From positions 58,714,001-58,778,000 of the forward strand of contig OZ024746.1 of assembly GCA_964016885.1 (NCBI GenBank): DNA of 64,000 bases, read 5' to 3'. Source of the DNA: Eledone cirrhosa. Lineage: Eukaryota. The notes below the pieces were generated by a model. The model did not search any database, had not been told where the DNA came from, and saw only the letters and a program-made list of their open reading frames with translations. Shown in pieces: positions 45,878-59,052 of this stretch. The stretch's first letter is position 1; every line of letters begins with the position of its first letter. The position numbers and the translations under genes were made by a program.

Positions 45878-48780
45878 ATACTTGGGGAGGGTCATATTTG
45901 TGTAATATTGCCAGAATTAATAACAGAACACACTCATTGTTTGGTTGGTTTTCGCTTTTCGCTTCTGTGTCTTTTAAATCGGTAATCTAATTTATTCGAT
46001 CCTCAATGTTGCCATTGACTGACCAACGGTCAAAAATAATACAGATACAATATAGACACAAACACATATATATAGTTTATCAAAGTTCTTTCGTTGCACA
46101 TCTGCAACATCGTCAGTGGTGCTATTGTTTCCTCCCGTTGCGTTGTATTTTCAACGCCATCTTTATTTATATGTTTATATATTTATTTATTTGTTTATTT
46201 TATTTTGTCTTCTTTACGCATGTGTTTGAGGATGTGTATAGTGTTTTGTTTGATGTGTGTTCGTGATTGGGTGATTGTGTATTGGTTAATCTATTCTATC
46301 TTTACTGGTGTGTGTTTATATGTTTGTTGTTATTGTGCTTGTGTATGTATTTATTTATTTATTTATCTATTTATTTATTTATACTTCCCTTAGGTCAGTG
46401 TTGTTTGTTTGGGTGTTGTTATTTCATTCATTCTTTCTGTTTAGCCTTGGCCTTCTAAGTTCTATTTCACTGACCTCTCTGATTTGCCTATCTGCTGGGT
46501 CATTTATATGTTTAGATATTATTCTAATTTCTATGTTGTCTATGTTACCGTCGTGTTGTTGTCTGGCATGTTCGTATAGTACTGAACCGTTTTTTCGTCC
46601 TTTTAGTTCCCCCTAGTGTTGGTCTATCCTTTCACCTATGCTACGAGCTGTCTCGCCTATGTATGTTGTTGTCATGTTTCTGCAAGTACCCTCTGTACAT
46701 GTTATGCTATAGACTACTGTTCTAGTTTTACAGTTTATCCGGGGGTTTACCTTACATATGATACATTTCCTATTAGTACAGTGGGTTTTCTTAAAAGGGT
46801 AGGTTTTGCTGATCAGGGATTTTATGGTGGTTCCTGGCTTTTCTACCACCTTAATCTTTAAGTGGGTCTTTCTCAGGGCCTTTCTACACTGGTTAGCTAA
46901 TTTCCCTCCAGGGTTAGCGTCCACAAACATGACACTCTGGTATTTCTGGTTGTTGTACCATGAGGTGGCTTTCCCTATCTCATGTCTAGCCCTATCTAAT
47001 CTATTCCATGATTTGCTCCTGTATAATGGGCAAATTCCTTTCATTTCCAGTTCTATGAGGGTCTTATACTTCTCCGTGGCTCCTTCGTATAATCTGACTC
47101 TGCCTCTTTGGTTGTAGCCAGAGAACTGCATGCGGTTGATGAAGTGTTGGATGTGTCTTACCATTTCTGTTGGGTCGCACATGCGGGACACGTTATTCAT
47201 CACTCGTACCAAGAGTGCGATCAGAATATTAAACTTAGCACTACTGGACATTGCTGAGTTTTTGAGTATCAGGTGTTTGGAGGCCATGGGTTTAGCATAG
47301 TGGGAGTGGAGAATTTGGGCTCTCTCGTCTATAGTGTTAATCCAGAGTTCTGTGTCTAATACAGGTAGTTTATTGTTAGGGTGTTTGGAAGGGCAGTCGA
47401 TAGTTACAGTTATAGTCTGGTGTATGGAATTAGCTATCTGCTGGATGCTTTCCATTGTGCTACGTTCTAAATCCAACTTGTTAGTGCTCTCTTGTGGGGC
47501 TGTTCTTATAACTATATTGATAACGTCTACGTAACGAGAGTACATGATGAGATCTATGGAGCTCTCATTAAGGAGATCTTTAAGTCTCCTTTCCCACCAT
47601 ACCATAAAAAGGTTGGCAACGTCACCAGCTATGCTGACGCCAATGGCTGCTCCCTCATTTTGGGTGTAGATCTTCACGTTGAACTTGAATATGTGGCCCT
47701 TTAGGGTACTTTTGATACTAGCCCCTATTGCATGTGCGACCATTTTTATTACCTGATCATTGTTTTGGGGGTAAATATAGCTTTGGTCCACCCAATCCAC
47801 CTTCCCATGGGAGTATTTTTAGCCATTGAGGTTATGGTGGGGGTCTACCTCTTATGGGTCTACTGGGGCAGATGACCTTAGACGTCTAAGGTCATGGCTA
47901 TCTAGGTAGTCAGTGTCGTAGGTAAGTCTAAGTAGGAGGCCCAGTTCGTCTGTGTCGACGTCGCAGAACTCCACCTCACTCTCAATGATCATCTCCACAC
48001 ATTTTTCCACAGCAAAATCAATGTTAATGGATGGGTACAGTGATACCACATCCATGCTGCCTATTATGCAGTTGGATAGGTTCCTGTTTTTGTTGCACTC
48101 ACTGATTCTACTGAGGAGGTCCTCTGTACTGTCACATATATCTGGGGACATCTTGATTATGGGGCGTATAACCATTGAGAGGAAGTAGGAGAGCCTGTAG
48201 TTACTAACTATATTTGCTCCGCATACGGGTCTTGTTGGTGGTCCTGTTGTCGGATCGTCGACTGCCTTGTGGTCTTTGCGGAGCCCATACAAGGGTGGTA
48301 TGCTATTGTTAGACGCCTGGGAGTTGTTGGCACTGCGCCTGCTTGGCTTTAGGATGTCGGTCCACATCATCATGTGAGCGTTGAGGATTTTCACTCTCCC
48401 ATCATGTATTTGCTGTGCAATTTCGCTCGTGTTGGTGATGTGGGGTTGCATAGCCTTGATGTAGTTCGGCATGCTATTATCCGTGGGTAGACATACTACC
48501 TCACCATCCCTTGTGCGCTGCTTGAGGCTAACCAAGCCTCCTACAGGTTTCCTCCCAAGTTGTTGGGCCTCTGGTCTGCTCTGTCTCTTAGTATACCGGT
48601 CTACTATTTGTCTAATCTTATTTCTAGCTATGGTGAACTGTGCCTCTGTCTCGTCATCTATGTGTTGTGGTATGCAAACTCTTTTATTAAATAGTAACCT
48701 AGTAGGATAGATATTACCCATCTTATATGTTTTGTCAGCTGGGTTGAAGAATAGTTTCTCTAATGGGTTGTCATTATATC
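45870..48780 (-). mobile_element. Neptune-like PLE, 5'-truncated and frameshifted
   Basis: LYGLRKDHK..TRPVCGA, SMDVVSLYPSI, GAAIG, YSRYVD, LPVLD, HYAKPMAS; Cys linker CTNRKCIIC..C; VVYSITC..YIGETARSIGERIDQH (GIY-YIG). Sub-clade assignment is tentative. Confidence 0.9.
46079..46120 (-). ncRNA. Type I hammerhead ribozyme (extra nucleotide after core)
   Basis: acca-CTGACGA-t-gttgca gatg tgcaac-GAAA-gaac-TT-tgat. Confidence 0.78.
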
Positions 48781-48786
48781 TATCGT

Positions 48787-48862
48787 ACGGGGTCGATAAA
48801 ATAAAGTACCAGTAATGCACTGGGTAATTGCTGGCCTTGTGCCTAAAGTAGAAACAATTATA
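48787..48862 (+). mobile_element. SINE 3' fragment at the PLE 5' junction
   Basis: acggggtcgataaaataaagtaccagtaatgcactgggtaattgctggccttgtgcc. Confidence 0.85.
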
Positions 48863-49159
48863 TCTATCGTCATAGTTGTGTGTGTTGTTATTATTGTTAT
48901 TATGGTGGTTGTTGTTGTTCCTATCATTAGCATTATTATTATTTCTATGATTGCTAGATGTATTGTTGCTGTGATTGTTAGATGTATTGTTGTTATGATT
49001 GCTAGATGTATTGTTGCTGTGATTGTTGTTATCTTCACCGCTATTGTTGTTGTTACTGTTATTTCTACCATTGTGGTTGTTAGTTTTATTATGTTTCTTG
49101 TTTTTGTTGTGTCTATCATATATGTATATTTATATATATATATATATTATATATAGATG

Positions 49160-49210
49160 AGATTCTACAGGACTAGAACTGTTTCATTCTTTAGAAATCA
49201 TCAGGAATCT
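49160..49210 (-). ncRNA. Type I hammerhead ribozyme
   Basis: agattc-CTGATGA-tttc taaa gaat-GAAA-cag ttctagtc ctg-TA-gaatct. Confidence 0.82.
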
Positions 49211-49484
49211 GGGTATCAAAAAATAAATATGGTATTTATAGGTCTCTACAAATGGTAGGAGAGGGTGGGGAGTGGGATGGGTGTAGGTCATTGGTTGATA
49301 GAAAAGGGAATTCATTAAAAGCTAATTCTACAAAGCTATAGTTTATTTTTAAACTATAGCTTTGTAGAATTAGCTTTTAATGAATTCCCTTTTCTATCAA
49401 CCAATGACCTACACCCATCCCACTCCCCACCCTCTCCTACCACTTGTAGAGACCTATAAATACCATATTTATTTTTTGATACCC

Positions 49485-49535
49485 AGATTCCTGATGATTT
49501 CTAAAGAATGAAACAGTTCTAGTCCTCTAGAATAT
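49485..49535 (+). ncRNA. Type I hammerhead ribozyme (mirror copy, two stem substitutions)
   Basis: agattc-CTGATGA-tttctaaagaat-GAAA-cagttctagtcctc-TA-gaatat. Confidence 0.72.
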
Positions 49536-49648
49536 CATCTATATTAAAACTTTTATACTCTGCAATGTATTGAGTACCTTACTTACTGTGGTTACCTCCG
49601 ATTCAACCCGGAATAACGTACTATATATAATATATATATATATATATA

Positions 49649-49737
<89 letters not shown>

Positions 49738-49857
49738 ATAATAATAAATTTGAAGATTAAATCCAAAGAGGGCTCGATAAGGATAAATATATATCAAATA
49801 TATAAGAACCGTAGAGAAAATCTTTATTCTTTGCTTAAACTTTAATCTGTTATTTTA

Positions 49858-50340
<483 letters not shown>

Positions 50341-50381
50341 CATAACTTGTGTGTTACACCTCTATTCTTTTATGTATATAT

Positions 50382-50459
<78 letters not shown>

Positions 50460-50785
50460 TTTACGTATCGAGAAAGAGAGAAAAAGGAGGGATAGGTGAT
50501 ACATATGTCCCTGCAACAAGCCTTAACACCCCGGCGGGCAGGCGCAGCAAAATATCACCCAGAAAACAATCCTTCCACACCAGACCCAGCCCCAGACAAA
50601 CCGATGCGGCGGGAAAAAAAAAAAAAAAAAATTATCCGGGAAAGACTGCCCTAACACCGGCCAGAGTTACCTCCCTTGACCTGCTGCAAAATCAAAACAA
50701 GATATTTTTGCGAGCAATGAATCTTGATGTAGATTTAACCCCCAAAACTCTTTCCGAACTATATAAGGAGCACTTGTGATTATTT

Positions 50786-50828
50786 ATGCCCTTGAGAAGC
50801 CCGACTGGGCGAAACGTACGTAGGTGAT
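50786..50828 (+). ncRNA. Hammerhead ribozyme, U3-A8 core variant, in a pLTR-like segment (50500-50883)
   Basis: gccc-TTGAGAA-gccc gact gggc-GAAA-cgtacg-TA-ggtg; weak stem I; TATATAAG about 25 nt upstream. Confidence 0.72.
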
Positions 50829-50881
50829 ATTTTAAATAAATATGTTTTAACGGTCTATTCTCCGATTATTTACTTTCCCAC

Positions 50882-51036
<155 letters not shown>

Positions 51037-51090
51037 TATGTATATGTATATATATATGTGAGAAAAACCACAGACCCTCCATCTCAACTC

Positions 51091-51130
51091 TACTTTTGAA
51101 AAGCAGAAGAACTGCGAAACCGGTAAAGGA
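51091..51130 (+). ncRNA. Hammerhead ribozyme, U3-A8 core variant
   Basis: tactt-TTGAAAA-gcag aagaa ctgc-GAAA-ccgg-TA-aagga. Confidence 0.75.
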
Positions 51131-51274
51131 ACCAAATAAATATATATATATATATTTTTTAAATAAGACACCTGTTGCATTTTCGATTTCATCTTTTTTT
51201 TCTTTATACTTTCACTCGTGAAGGACACCTCGGTTATTTTTCATTTTGTAAAAAAAACCTCACTTTCTAATACA

Positions 51275-51314
<40 letters not shown>

Positions 51315-52338
51315 CATATATATATACATATATTGTACTCATTTATTCATACGGCTGGTTTATAATCTGTATCTATGCGTGTGAGTGTGTATATGTGTGT
51401 ATACGTTCTGTATATGTATACGAGCGCCTCCGTATGTGTGCGTGCGTATGAATATATATGTGTGTGTATGATTGTTTTTATATCTGTTTTTTTCATATGT
51501 ATGTTTTTTACATACTTATTTATAGGTGTGTGTGTATGCGGGTGAATGTATGTGTATGTGTATGTATATGTGTGTATTTGTATATGTATGTATGGGTGTG
51601 TATGTATATATGTATATATACATATAGTCGCGTACGTACGTGTGATTACATATACATGTGGCGATATATATATAAACGTGCCTCGTGTGTATGTATGTAC
51701 GCATGCATGCGCTTTTGTCTGTACGTATTTGTGTGTATTAATATTTATATATATATGTGTGTGTACGTGCGTACACACACATATATATATATATAAATAT
51801 TTATACACACTTTGTTCTAGTGTTAATTGATTACTTTCCCTTTGATTTAAAAATATTTTTCATCCTCATATATTGTTTCATTCTTATACATATATCGAGA
51901 ATGATACTCCTTTTTACTATTACACTCCCTTCCCTCTTTATCTTCCGCATATATGTGACCGCGCGTGTGTGTGTGTTTATACGCGTGCTTTCATACTCGT
52001 ATGTGTATTTAATACATGTATCTTGATGCGTGTTAACTATATTATCTTACAATTTCTTTTTCAGCTCATATTATATACGTATTTGTGGTCACATATACAC
52101 AAATATACTTGCCCTCATATATGTACTTACGCACACATTTTCACCATACACATGCATTTGTACATACACACATATGTACATTTGTGAGTGTATATACATA
52201 CATATACACATACCCTAAATATATTTCCTTATTTTTTTTATATATCTCTTGCATTACTTTTATTTATATATTTTTTGCCCGTTAAACTCTTGCCTTTCTT
52301 GAGGAGACTTTTCAAATATTTCACTATGTTTTAAATAG

Positions 52339-52406
52339 CCTTGTCCGATGCACGAATGAGGACGTTTTTCGTATTCGTCTTATTCAGGAAACCTCTGGTA
52401 ATGAGG
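52339..52406 (+). ncRNA. Degenerate hammerhead relic
   Basis: ccttgt-CCGATGC-acgaatgaggacg..cgtcttattcag-GAAA-cc tct gg-TA-atgagg: stems are retained but the core is mutated. Confidence 0.45.
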
Positions 52407-52449
52407 TAATTATATTGTATTGTTTATTATACAATATATATATATATAT

Positions 52450-52700
52450 GGTAGGGATGTTGGACTTATGATCATAATGTCGTGGTTTCGATTCCTGGTT
52501 CGCATGTTGTGTTCTTGAGCAAAACACTTTATTTCACGTTGTTCCAGTACACTCAGTTGAATATGAGTGCCTTCAATAGCTGGCGGATTGGCCCTGCAAT
52601 AGACTGGCGTCCTGTCCAGGGGGAAGTCTTCTACTCTCAGTCGCTCCACGCCATGAAACCGGGATAAACACCGACCACATGAACCTTCTGGTTTATGACA
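52450..52700 (+). mobile_element. tRNA-derived SINE of a second family (CORE/V-like motifs)
   Basis: B-box GGTTTCGATTCC, gttgtgttcttgagcaaaacactt, ccctgcaatagactggcgtcctgtccagggg. Confidence 0.75.
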
Positions 52701-54637
52701 GACTTTAGACTAAGATATATGTATATATATATACAGACAGATTATACAGAAATATATAGATATATATATATGTTCATGTGTGCGCGTGCGTATATGCCTG
52801 TGACGATATATATATATATATTTTGTGAAGGCGCGTGGCTGAGTGAGTAGAGAATTCACTATTCTGATGTGAGTTCGACAAGATACTTTTCTCTTCAGGA
52901 AGACACTTTATTTTCAATGTTACTGGAGTTGCGACCGAAAGATTGTGCTAGCAATTGGAATGACCAATGGAAACAATATATACATACATACAGTGTATAT
53001 GTATGTAATGTTTAGTTCTCGTACGACTGTATCACGAAATGATATATATATATAAGGCAACGATCATTTTCGTTACTGCCTCCTTTCTATACAACCCTTC
53101 GCGAAAGATTTTGTATGTTTGTATGTATGCGCAGAAATTCATCTACATATTTATATACTTCCTTACATCGGTCATTTAACGAGCGCATATCCACATCTCA
53201 CAGCAGGCAGCCCCGTTTCGGTCCAACACCCATCCTTCAAACCTTTGCACAAACAAATGAACGAATCTACATACATGCGCGCGCGCTCACACGCACACAT
53301 ATAGGCACACACATAGGCACACACATGTCCACTCAAAACATACAATGATCCCCGCTTCCTAAACCTCTGTCATGCCTAAGAAACCAGCTGACCAACATTT
53401 ATCCAAAATGGCTGACAGAATACAAACCTAGAAATTATTTAATTGTCAGTCTATTGCCTCAGGTACGAACCATAAACATATTAGGAATTTCACCCTCGTA
53501 CTTATTCTGTCTCACACATACATCAAGGAAGTTTTGGTTTTGAAGCTACAAGGAGAGTTGTATTTGATTATTCTTTTGTCTACTCTCTATAATTCGAATG
53601 TCAGATTGTACTTGTTAGTATATGTTTAATGCAGCCCCTTCCTCACGTCTAATTTCGGCTCTCACATTTTTACACACCACACTGACATATATACACACAT
53701 ACACACGCACAACATACCACACCTATATATATGTGTGTGTGTGTGTGTGTGTTTGTCTATGTATGTGTGTGTGTATGCGTATGTAGCCGGGTTCTGATTA
53801 TTTATAAAATAACTATACTCTACTACCGCGAGTATCGAGTACTCTGTTGAGTAATGGTCAAACCATTTTCAAACAGATTCCATAGTGATTTATATATATA
53901 TATATATACACACACACAGAGAAAGAGAGAGTAGTGCATACATTCATACATAGATGCATGCATGCATACATACACATACATACATGTACACATATACATA
54001 CACACACACACACACAGACACGCGCGCACACACATACATACATACACACACACACACACATACCTACATACACACACATATATACATACATACATATAAT
54101 GAAACAGTCTTTCTCTTTCCGATCTCGTATGTCGGTAATGACTCTGGCATGTATTCAAGTCATTACGTATTTGAGAGCCGTTACTAAGGTTCATCAGAAA
54201 CATGTAATAAATTAGTGTTATTACCAGATTGCTAACAGGGGACCAGGTTACTAGCCGTTAAAATAATAACATTAGGCTCCCCTTCCATTTTAGAATACAT
54301 GGTCATTAAATTGCCTTTATTAATAACTCGTATTCGACGCCGCTTAGAGATTGCCGGAGTTTATATACCGAACCACCGTATACGCTATACTGCTATATCA
54401 CTGTAATAGTATATTATTCTGTTCCTGTATTTCAATTTGTATTACTACATTTAATATATGTACGAGATTGTTGTACAATTTAGTTTCCACTAGTAATTTG
54501 CAACAACGTAGTAAATCTAGGTAGATAAATTGAGGGATTGGGAGATGGGAAGGGTGGTATGTAGGTATCTAGCGGTATATATATATAGTTGGATGGAAAG
54601 TTTATAGATTGGTTGCTGTGTATGTATGTATGTAGAG

Positions 54638-55326
<689 letters not shown>

Positions 55327-55590
55327 TGTTTCTTTTATTTGCCACTAGGGCATCAAAAGTGGGACAAGTACAATGGGGGGAGTTTACACAAAAAGGCGTC
55401 CTCAATAAGGAGGAGGCAATAACAAAATATAAAAATAAAATAAGATATAACAAAAAATAAAATTTTTAACAAAATCCTCAATAGAGAGGAGGCGCCTTGG
55501 GGGGTCGCACACACCCCCGAAAAAAGTGTGCAACCCTTCTCCTCAGGAGCACAGAGAAGGGGTGCTCCCTTGGTCTTTCATCTTCCTCAC

Positions 55591-58500
55591 CTATAGTCTG
55601 ATGTAGAGTGAAGGCCCATTCACACGGGCCATTCTCGCCACTTTCACCCATCTTTCATAGAAACGGCTGGGGTGCAGCACCTCTCTCTCCATCCTGATCC
55701 TTCTTCCGAAATGATATCGGAAGAAACGGACCAGTTGTTGGCCAGAGAGAAAGGTGCCTGACCTCAGTCCTTTCAGACGCGTCCACCATACAACCTCTTT
55801 CGCCATGGCTATTACGCACAGAAACACCGCCTCTGCTTCATCTTTGAAGGGGGGAGGCGGCTTGATCATTACAATAGACTCGGTGGTCAACCGGATCGGT
55901 CCCACCCTTGACAGCAGTTGTTCGACATAGCCCCACAGATCGGCTACGCCCGAGCAGTGTACCAATGCGTGTGCAACGGTTTCCTCGTCGCACACGCATC
56001 TGGGACAGATCTTTTTGGCGGGGTCCCTACCCGGGCGCCCGTGTCTGTAGAGCCTTTCTCGAACGGGTAAAGCCCCTCGGTAGCACTGCCAGGCCAGGGA
56101 CTTCTGGAAGTTGTCCATAGGTCCCGGGCTGAATGTCCTACCGAACAGGCTGGCCAGTTCGTCCTCCTCCATGTCTAGGGCTTCTCCGAGGGCGTCGTCG
56201 CACCTGCTGCGTACCAGCCCTCTATAGAATGTTGCGGTGGAGTCTCCACTGATAACCGGATCCGCCTGCCAGAGGGCGGTGAGCGCCTGGGCACACTCAG
56301 TGTGCCAGGCGCCCAGTTTTCTCGGTCTTTGCTTGACCCAGGATTGCAGCTCGGTGAGTGAGACGAGTCTGGGAAAGGTTCGTCTCACAAACGAGGCCCA
56401 CACCGGTTGTCCGGTGAGGAATACGTAGAGGTGCCGTAGCCTTAATGCGTGTTTACGCATCATTAGCCACGGCATCCCCAGCCCTCCTTTCGAAGGGTGT
56501 TGACAGCAGATGGATCTCCTCACCATAGGAGCCCGCCTCTTCCAAAGGAATTGGAAGAGCGCGCGCTCCATCTTGGTGAGGGTTTCCCTTGGGCAGGGCA
56601 CTACGGTCAGGCGGTAGTAGATGACGGACGCTATGTAGGTGTTCGCCACCTCCGCCCGACCTTTCAGGGATAGTTTGCAACTGGCCCACTTCTGGGTCAG
56701 TGCAAACACCCTGTTCGTAACCTCCGCCCAGTTTTTCTCCACCTGGAGGTCCGGTCCGAACCAGACCCCGAGCAACTTCACCGGGCCCTCCGTCCAGCGT
56801 CCGACGACGCCATCGGAGGGCATCGGTCTGCCCCTCCACGTGCCGAGTTGCAAACCGATCGACTTGTCCCGGTTCAGCTTAGCCCCTGTGAACTTTTCGT
56901 ACTCCTCCAGTAAGGTGCCGACCGCCTCGATTTCGGAGGCCGTCGACACCATTACTGTCACGTCATCGGCGTAGGCCGACACCGCTTTCCGCAATCCCGG
57001 TTCCAAAGGGATGCCCTGCAACAACTCCAACTTCCGCAGTAGTGGCTCTAGAGTCAACACATACAGAAGGGAGGAGAGAGGGCACCCTTGTCGGATGGAC
57101 CGCGCGATTTTGAACGGCTCCGAGAGGTAGCCGTTCACCTTGACCCTAGAGCAGATGCGGCTGCTGTGCATAGCAGTGATCCAGCCCCTGAAAACGGGTC
57201 CGAAGCCTGCCGCCGCTAGCACCGCATCCAGGTAACCATGGTCGACCCTATCGAACGCCTTAGATTGATCCAAGTTGATCAGAGCCCCACCAAAGCCGGG
57301 TTCGTTCCCAACCCTCTCTATGATGTATCGCATGAGGTGGAGGTTGTCATGGATGGACCTGGACGGGATAGCGCATGTCTGCGCATCTCCCACCAGGTTG
57401 CCCACGACAAGCGCCAACCTCTTTGCTAGCACCTTGGCCAAAATCTGTAACTCTGTATTTAGCAGTGTTATGGGCCTGAAGTTACTTATTTCGTCCCCCT
57501 TGTTCTCGTCCTTCCTCACTAGCGTGACTACGCCCTTGGTCACAGTACAGGGAATTCTCCCGTTCTGTTGCCAGTTGCAGTAGACCACCTCGAGGAGATC
57601 GGGGAACAAGTCCGGCATAGCTAGATATAATTCGTAAGGAAGACCATCGAGACCCGGGGATTTGCGTTTGCCGCATTGGCTCAGCACGTCCTCTATCTCA
57701 GCGGCCGAAATCGGCTCCTCGCAGGACTTCGCCTCCCTGTCCGAGAGGCGCGGCAGGCCGTCGAGGTATGGACCGAAGTCCACGTTCCCAACCGGCTCCC
57801 CGCCCCTCCCGAACAGTCGGGCAAAGTGCCTTTGAAAGGCCTCACACATCTGCTTAGGCTCAAGAATCGCTCGTCCATCCAGGTCTCGCAAAGACCGGAT
57901 GGTTGATTTAGTTCCACTGTTGGCCTCTGTCACGCGGGCCCAGCTAACAGCTTTGGTCCCCTCGTTCCCTAGAGCACGTATTTTACTTCGGACAACGCAG
58001 CCTTCGTGCTTCGCGTCGAAAAACTGGCTCAAAGCCGTTCTCGACGCTAGCACTCTGGCCACGTCGCCGCTTCTAATTGCCTCTTCTACTCTATCTATTA
58101 GCTCCCTTTCCTTCCTATTCCTATCCGCAGCTAGAACCTTACTAAATTCTATCGAGACTACTCTAATCTCTCTCTTTAGAGATACCCACCACCTGCTGTT
58201 GACGATCGCTCCAGTCAACCGTTCCTTAACTAACGTACTAATCCGATTCCTGTAGGCTCTACTTGCCGGCAAGGACAAGTTGAGCTTCCAGTAACCGGGG
58301 CCCTGTCTATGAGTTCTGTCAAGGTTGACCATGCAGGTCACTAATTTGTGGTCTGAATAGCCAACCATGCGCATTTTTGGACAACTTAAAAAGTCCTTAT
58401 CCTTAATTCTAACTAAGAACCTATCTAGGTACGACCTAGATGATCCGCTACGATTTGCCCAAGTCCAGGTTGGCGCAGTCGGAAAATCTAGTCGATATCT

Positions 58501-59028
58501 ATCGGCCAGGTCAAATCGACCGATTAACCCTTTGAGGCTATTACACCCCTCTCTATCGGGGCAGGCCCCTACGTAGTCCCAGCGTGCATCTAGGATACCA
58601 TTCCAGTCCCCCACTAATAGCAAGGAGCGGGACGTCCCTAGAAAAGTCTCCAGACGATGGAAGAAGTCCGGCCGCATTGACCCGAAAGGGCCGTAGGCGG
58701 CTACCAACCTAAACGCTCCGCCTTTACCACTGCCAAGGTCCAGAACCACTAGTCGACCCTCCGGGTCCAAATGTACCATCTGTGTTGCGAGACCCAGATG
58801 TTTTTGCAGCAGAACGACAACTCCACCCCCGCCTCCGGGCTGACAGAGAGATGCGTGCATCTCAAAGTCATCAAAGGTGGGGGCCAGCTGTCGCACGTTG
58901 CTGATCCGGGCCTCGCAAATAACCATCACATCTATACGTTGTGACCTGAGGTCATTTAGAAGCATTGCTTGCTTCCAAGTTGAGCCCAGGCCACGCGCAT
59001 TTAAACAGCCTACTCTTAGCATAGCCAT
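55591..59028 (-). CDS. LINE ORF2: APE endonuclease, reverse transcriptase, C-terminal CCHC knuckle
   Basis: LNARG, VGDWN, SYLDR, SDHK, PGYWKLN, KSPGLDG, NFRPITLLN, LDQSKAFDRV, RQGCPLS, AYADD, CPRC..ETVAHALVHC. First ATG is at 59028, and the frame is open from 59052. Confidence 0.95.
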   Translation of the reverse strand: MAMLRVGCLNARGLGSTWKQAMLLNDLRSQRIDVMVICEARISNVRQLAPTFDDFEMHASLCQPGGGGGVVVLLQKHLGLATQMVHLDPEGRLVVLDLGSGKGGAFRLVAAYGPFGSMRPDFFHRLETFLGTSRSLLLVGDWNGILDARWDYVGACPDREGCNSLKGLIGRFDLADRYRLDFPTAPTWTWANRSGSSRSYLDRFLVRIKDKDFLSCPKMRMVGYSDHKLVTCMVNLDRTHRQGPGYWKLNLSLPASRAYRNRISTLVKERLTGAIVNSRWWVSLKREIRVVSIEFSKVLAADRNRKERELIDRVEEAIRSGDVARVLASRTALSQFFDAKHEGCVVRSKIRALGNEGTKAVSWARVTEANSGTKSTIRSLRDLDGRAILEPKQMCEAFQRHFARLFGRGGEPVGNVDFGPYLDGLPRLSDREAKSCEEPISAAEIEDVLSQCGKRKSPGLDGLPYELYLAMPDLFPDLLEVVYCNWQQNGRIPCTVTKGVVTLVRKDENKGDEISNFRPITLLNTELQILAKVLAKRLALVVGNLVGDAQTCAIPSRSIHDNLHLMRYIIERVGNEPGFGGALINLDQSKAFDRVDHGYLDAVLAAAGFGPVFRGWITAMHSSRICSRVKVNGYLSEPFKIARSIRQGCPLSSLLYVLTLEPLLRKLELLQGIPLEPGLRKAVSAYADDVTVMVSTASEIEAVGTLLEEYEKFTGAKLNRDKSIGLQLGTWRGRPMPSDGVVGRWTEGPVKLLGVWFGPDLQVEKNWAEVTNRVFALTQKWASCKLSLKGRAEVANTYIASVIYYRLTVVPCPRETLTKMERALFQFLWKRRAPMVRRSICCQHPSKGGLGMPWLMMRKHALRLRHLYVFLTGQPVWASFVRRTFPRLVSLTELQSWVKQRPRKLGAWHTECAQALTALWQADPVISGDSTATFYRGLVRSRCDDALGEALDMEEDELASLFGRTFSPGPMDNFQKSLAWQCYRGALPVRERLYRHGRPGRDPAKKICPRCVCDEETVAHALVHCSGVADLWGYVEQLLSRVGPIRLTTESIVMIKPPPPFKDEAEAVFLCVIAMAKEVVWWTRLKGLRSGTFLSGQQLVRFFRYHFGRRIRMEREVLHPSRFYERWVKVARMARVNGPSLYIRL

Positions 59029-59052
59029 GTTGGTAGTGAAGAGAAAAGGCAC

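Larger units (their letters stand above)
49151..49544. repeat. Near-perfect palindrome, 195-bp arms, 4-nt loop, one HHR per arm
   Basis: Centre ctatagttta-tttt-taaactatag; only about 3 mismatches seen between arms. Confidence 0.95.
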
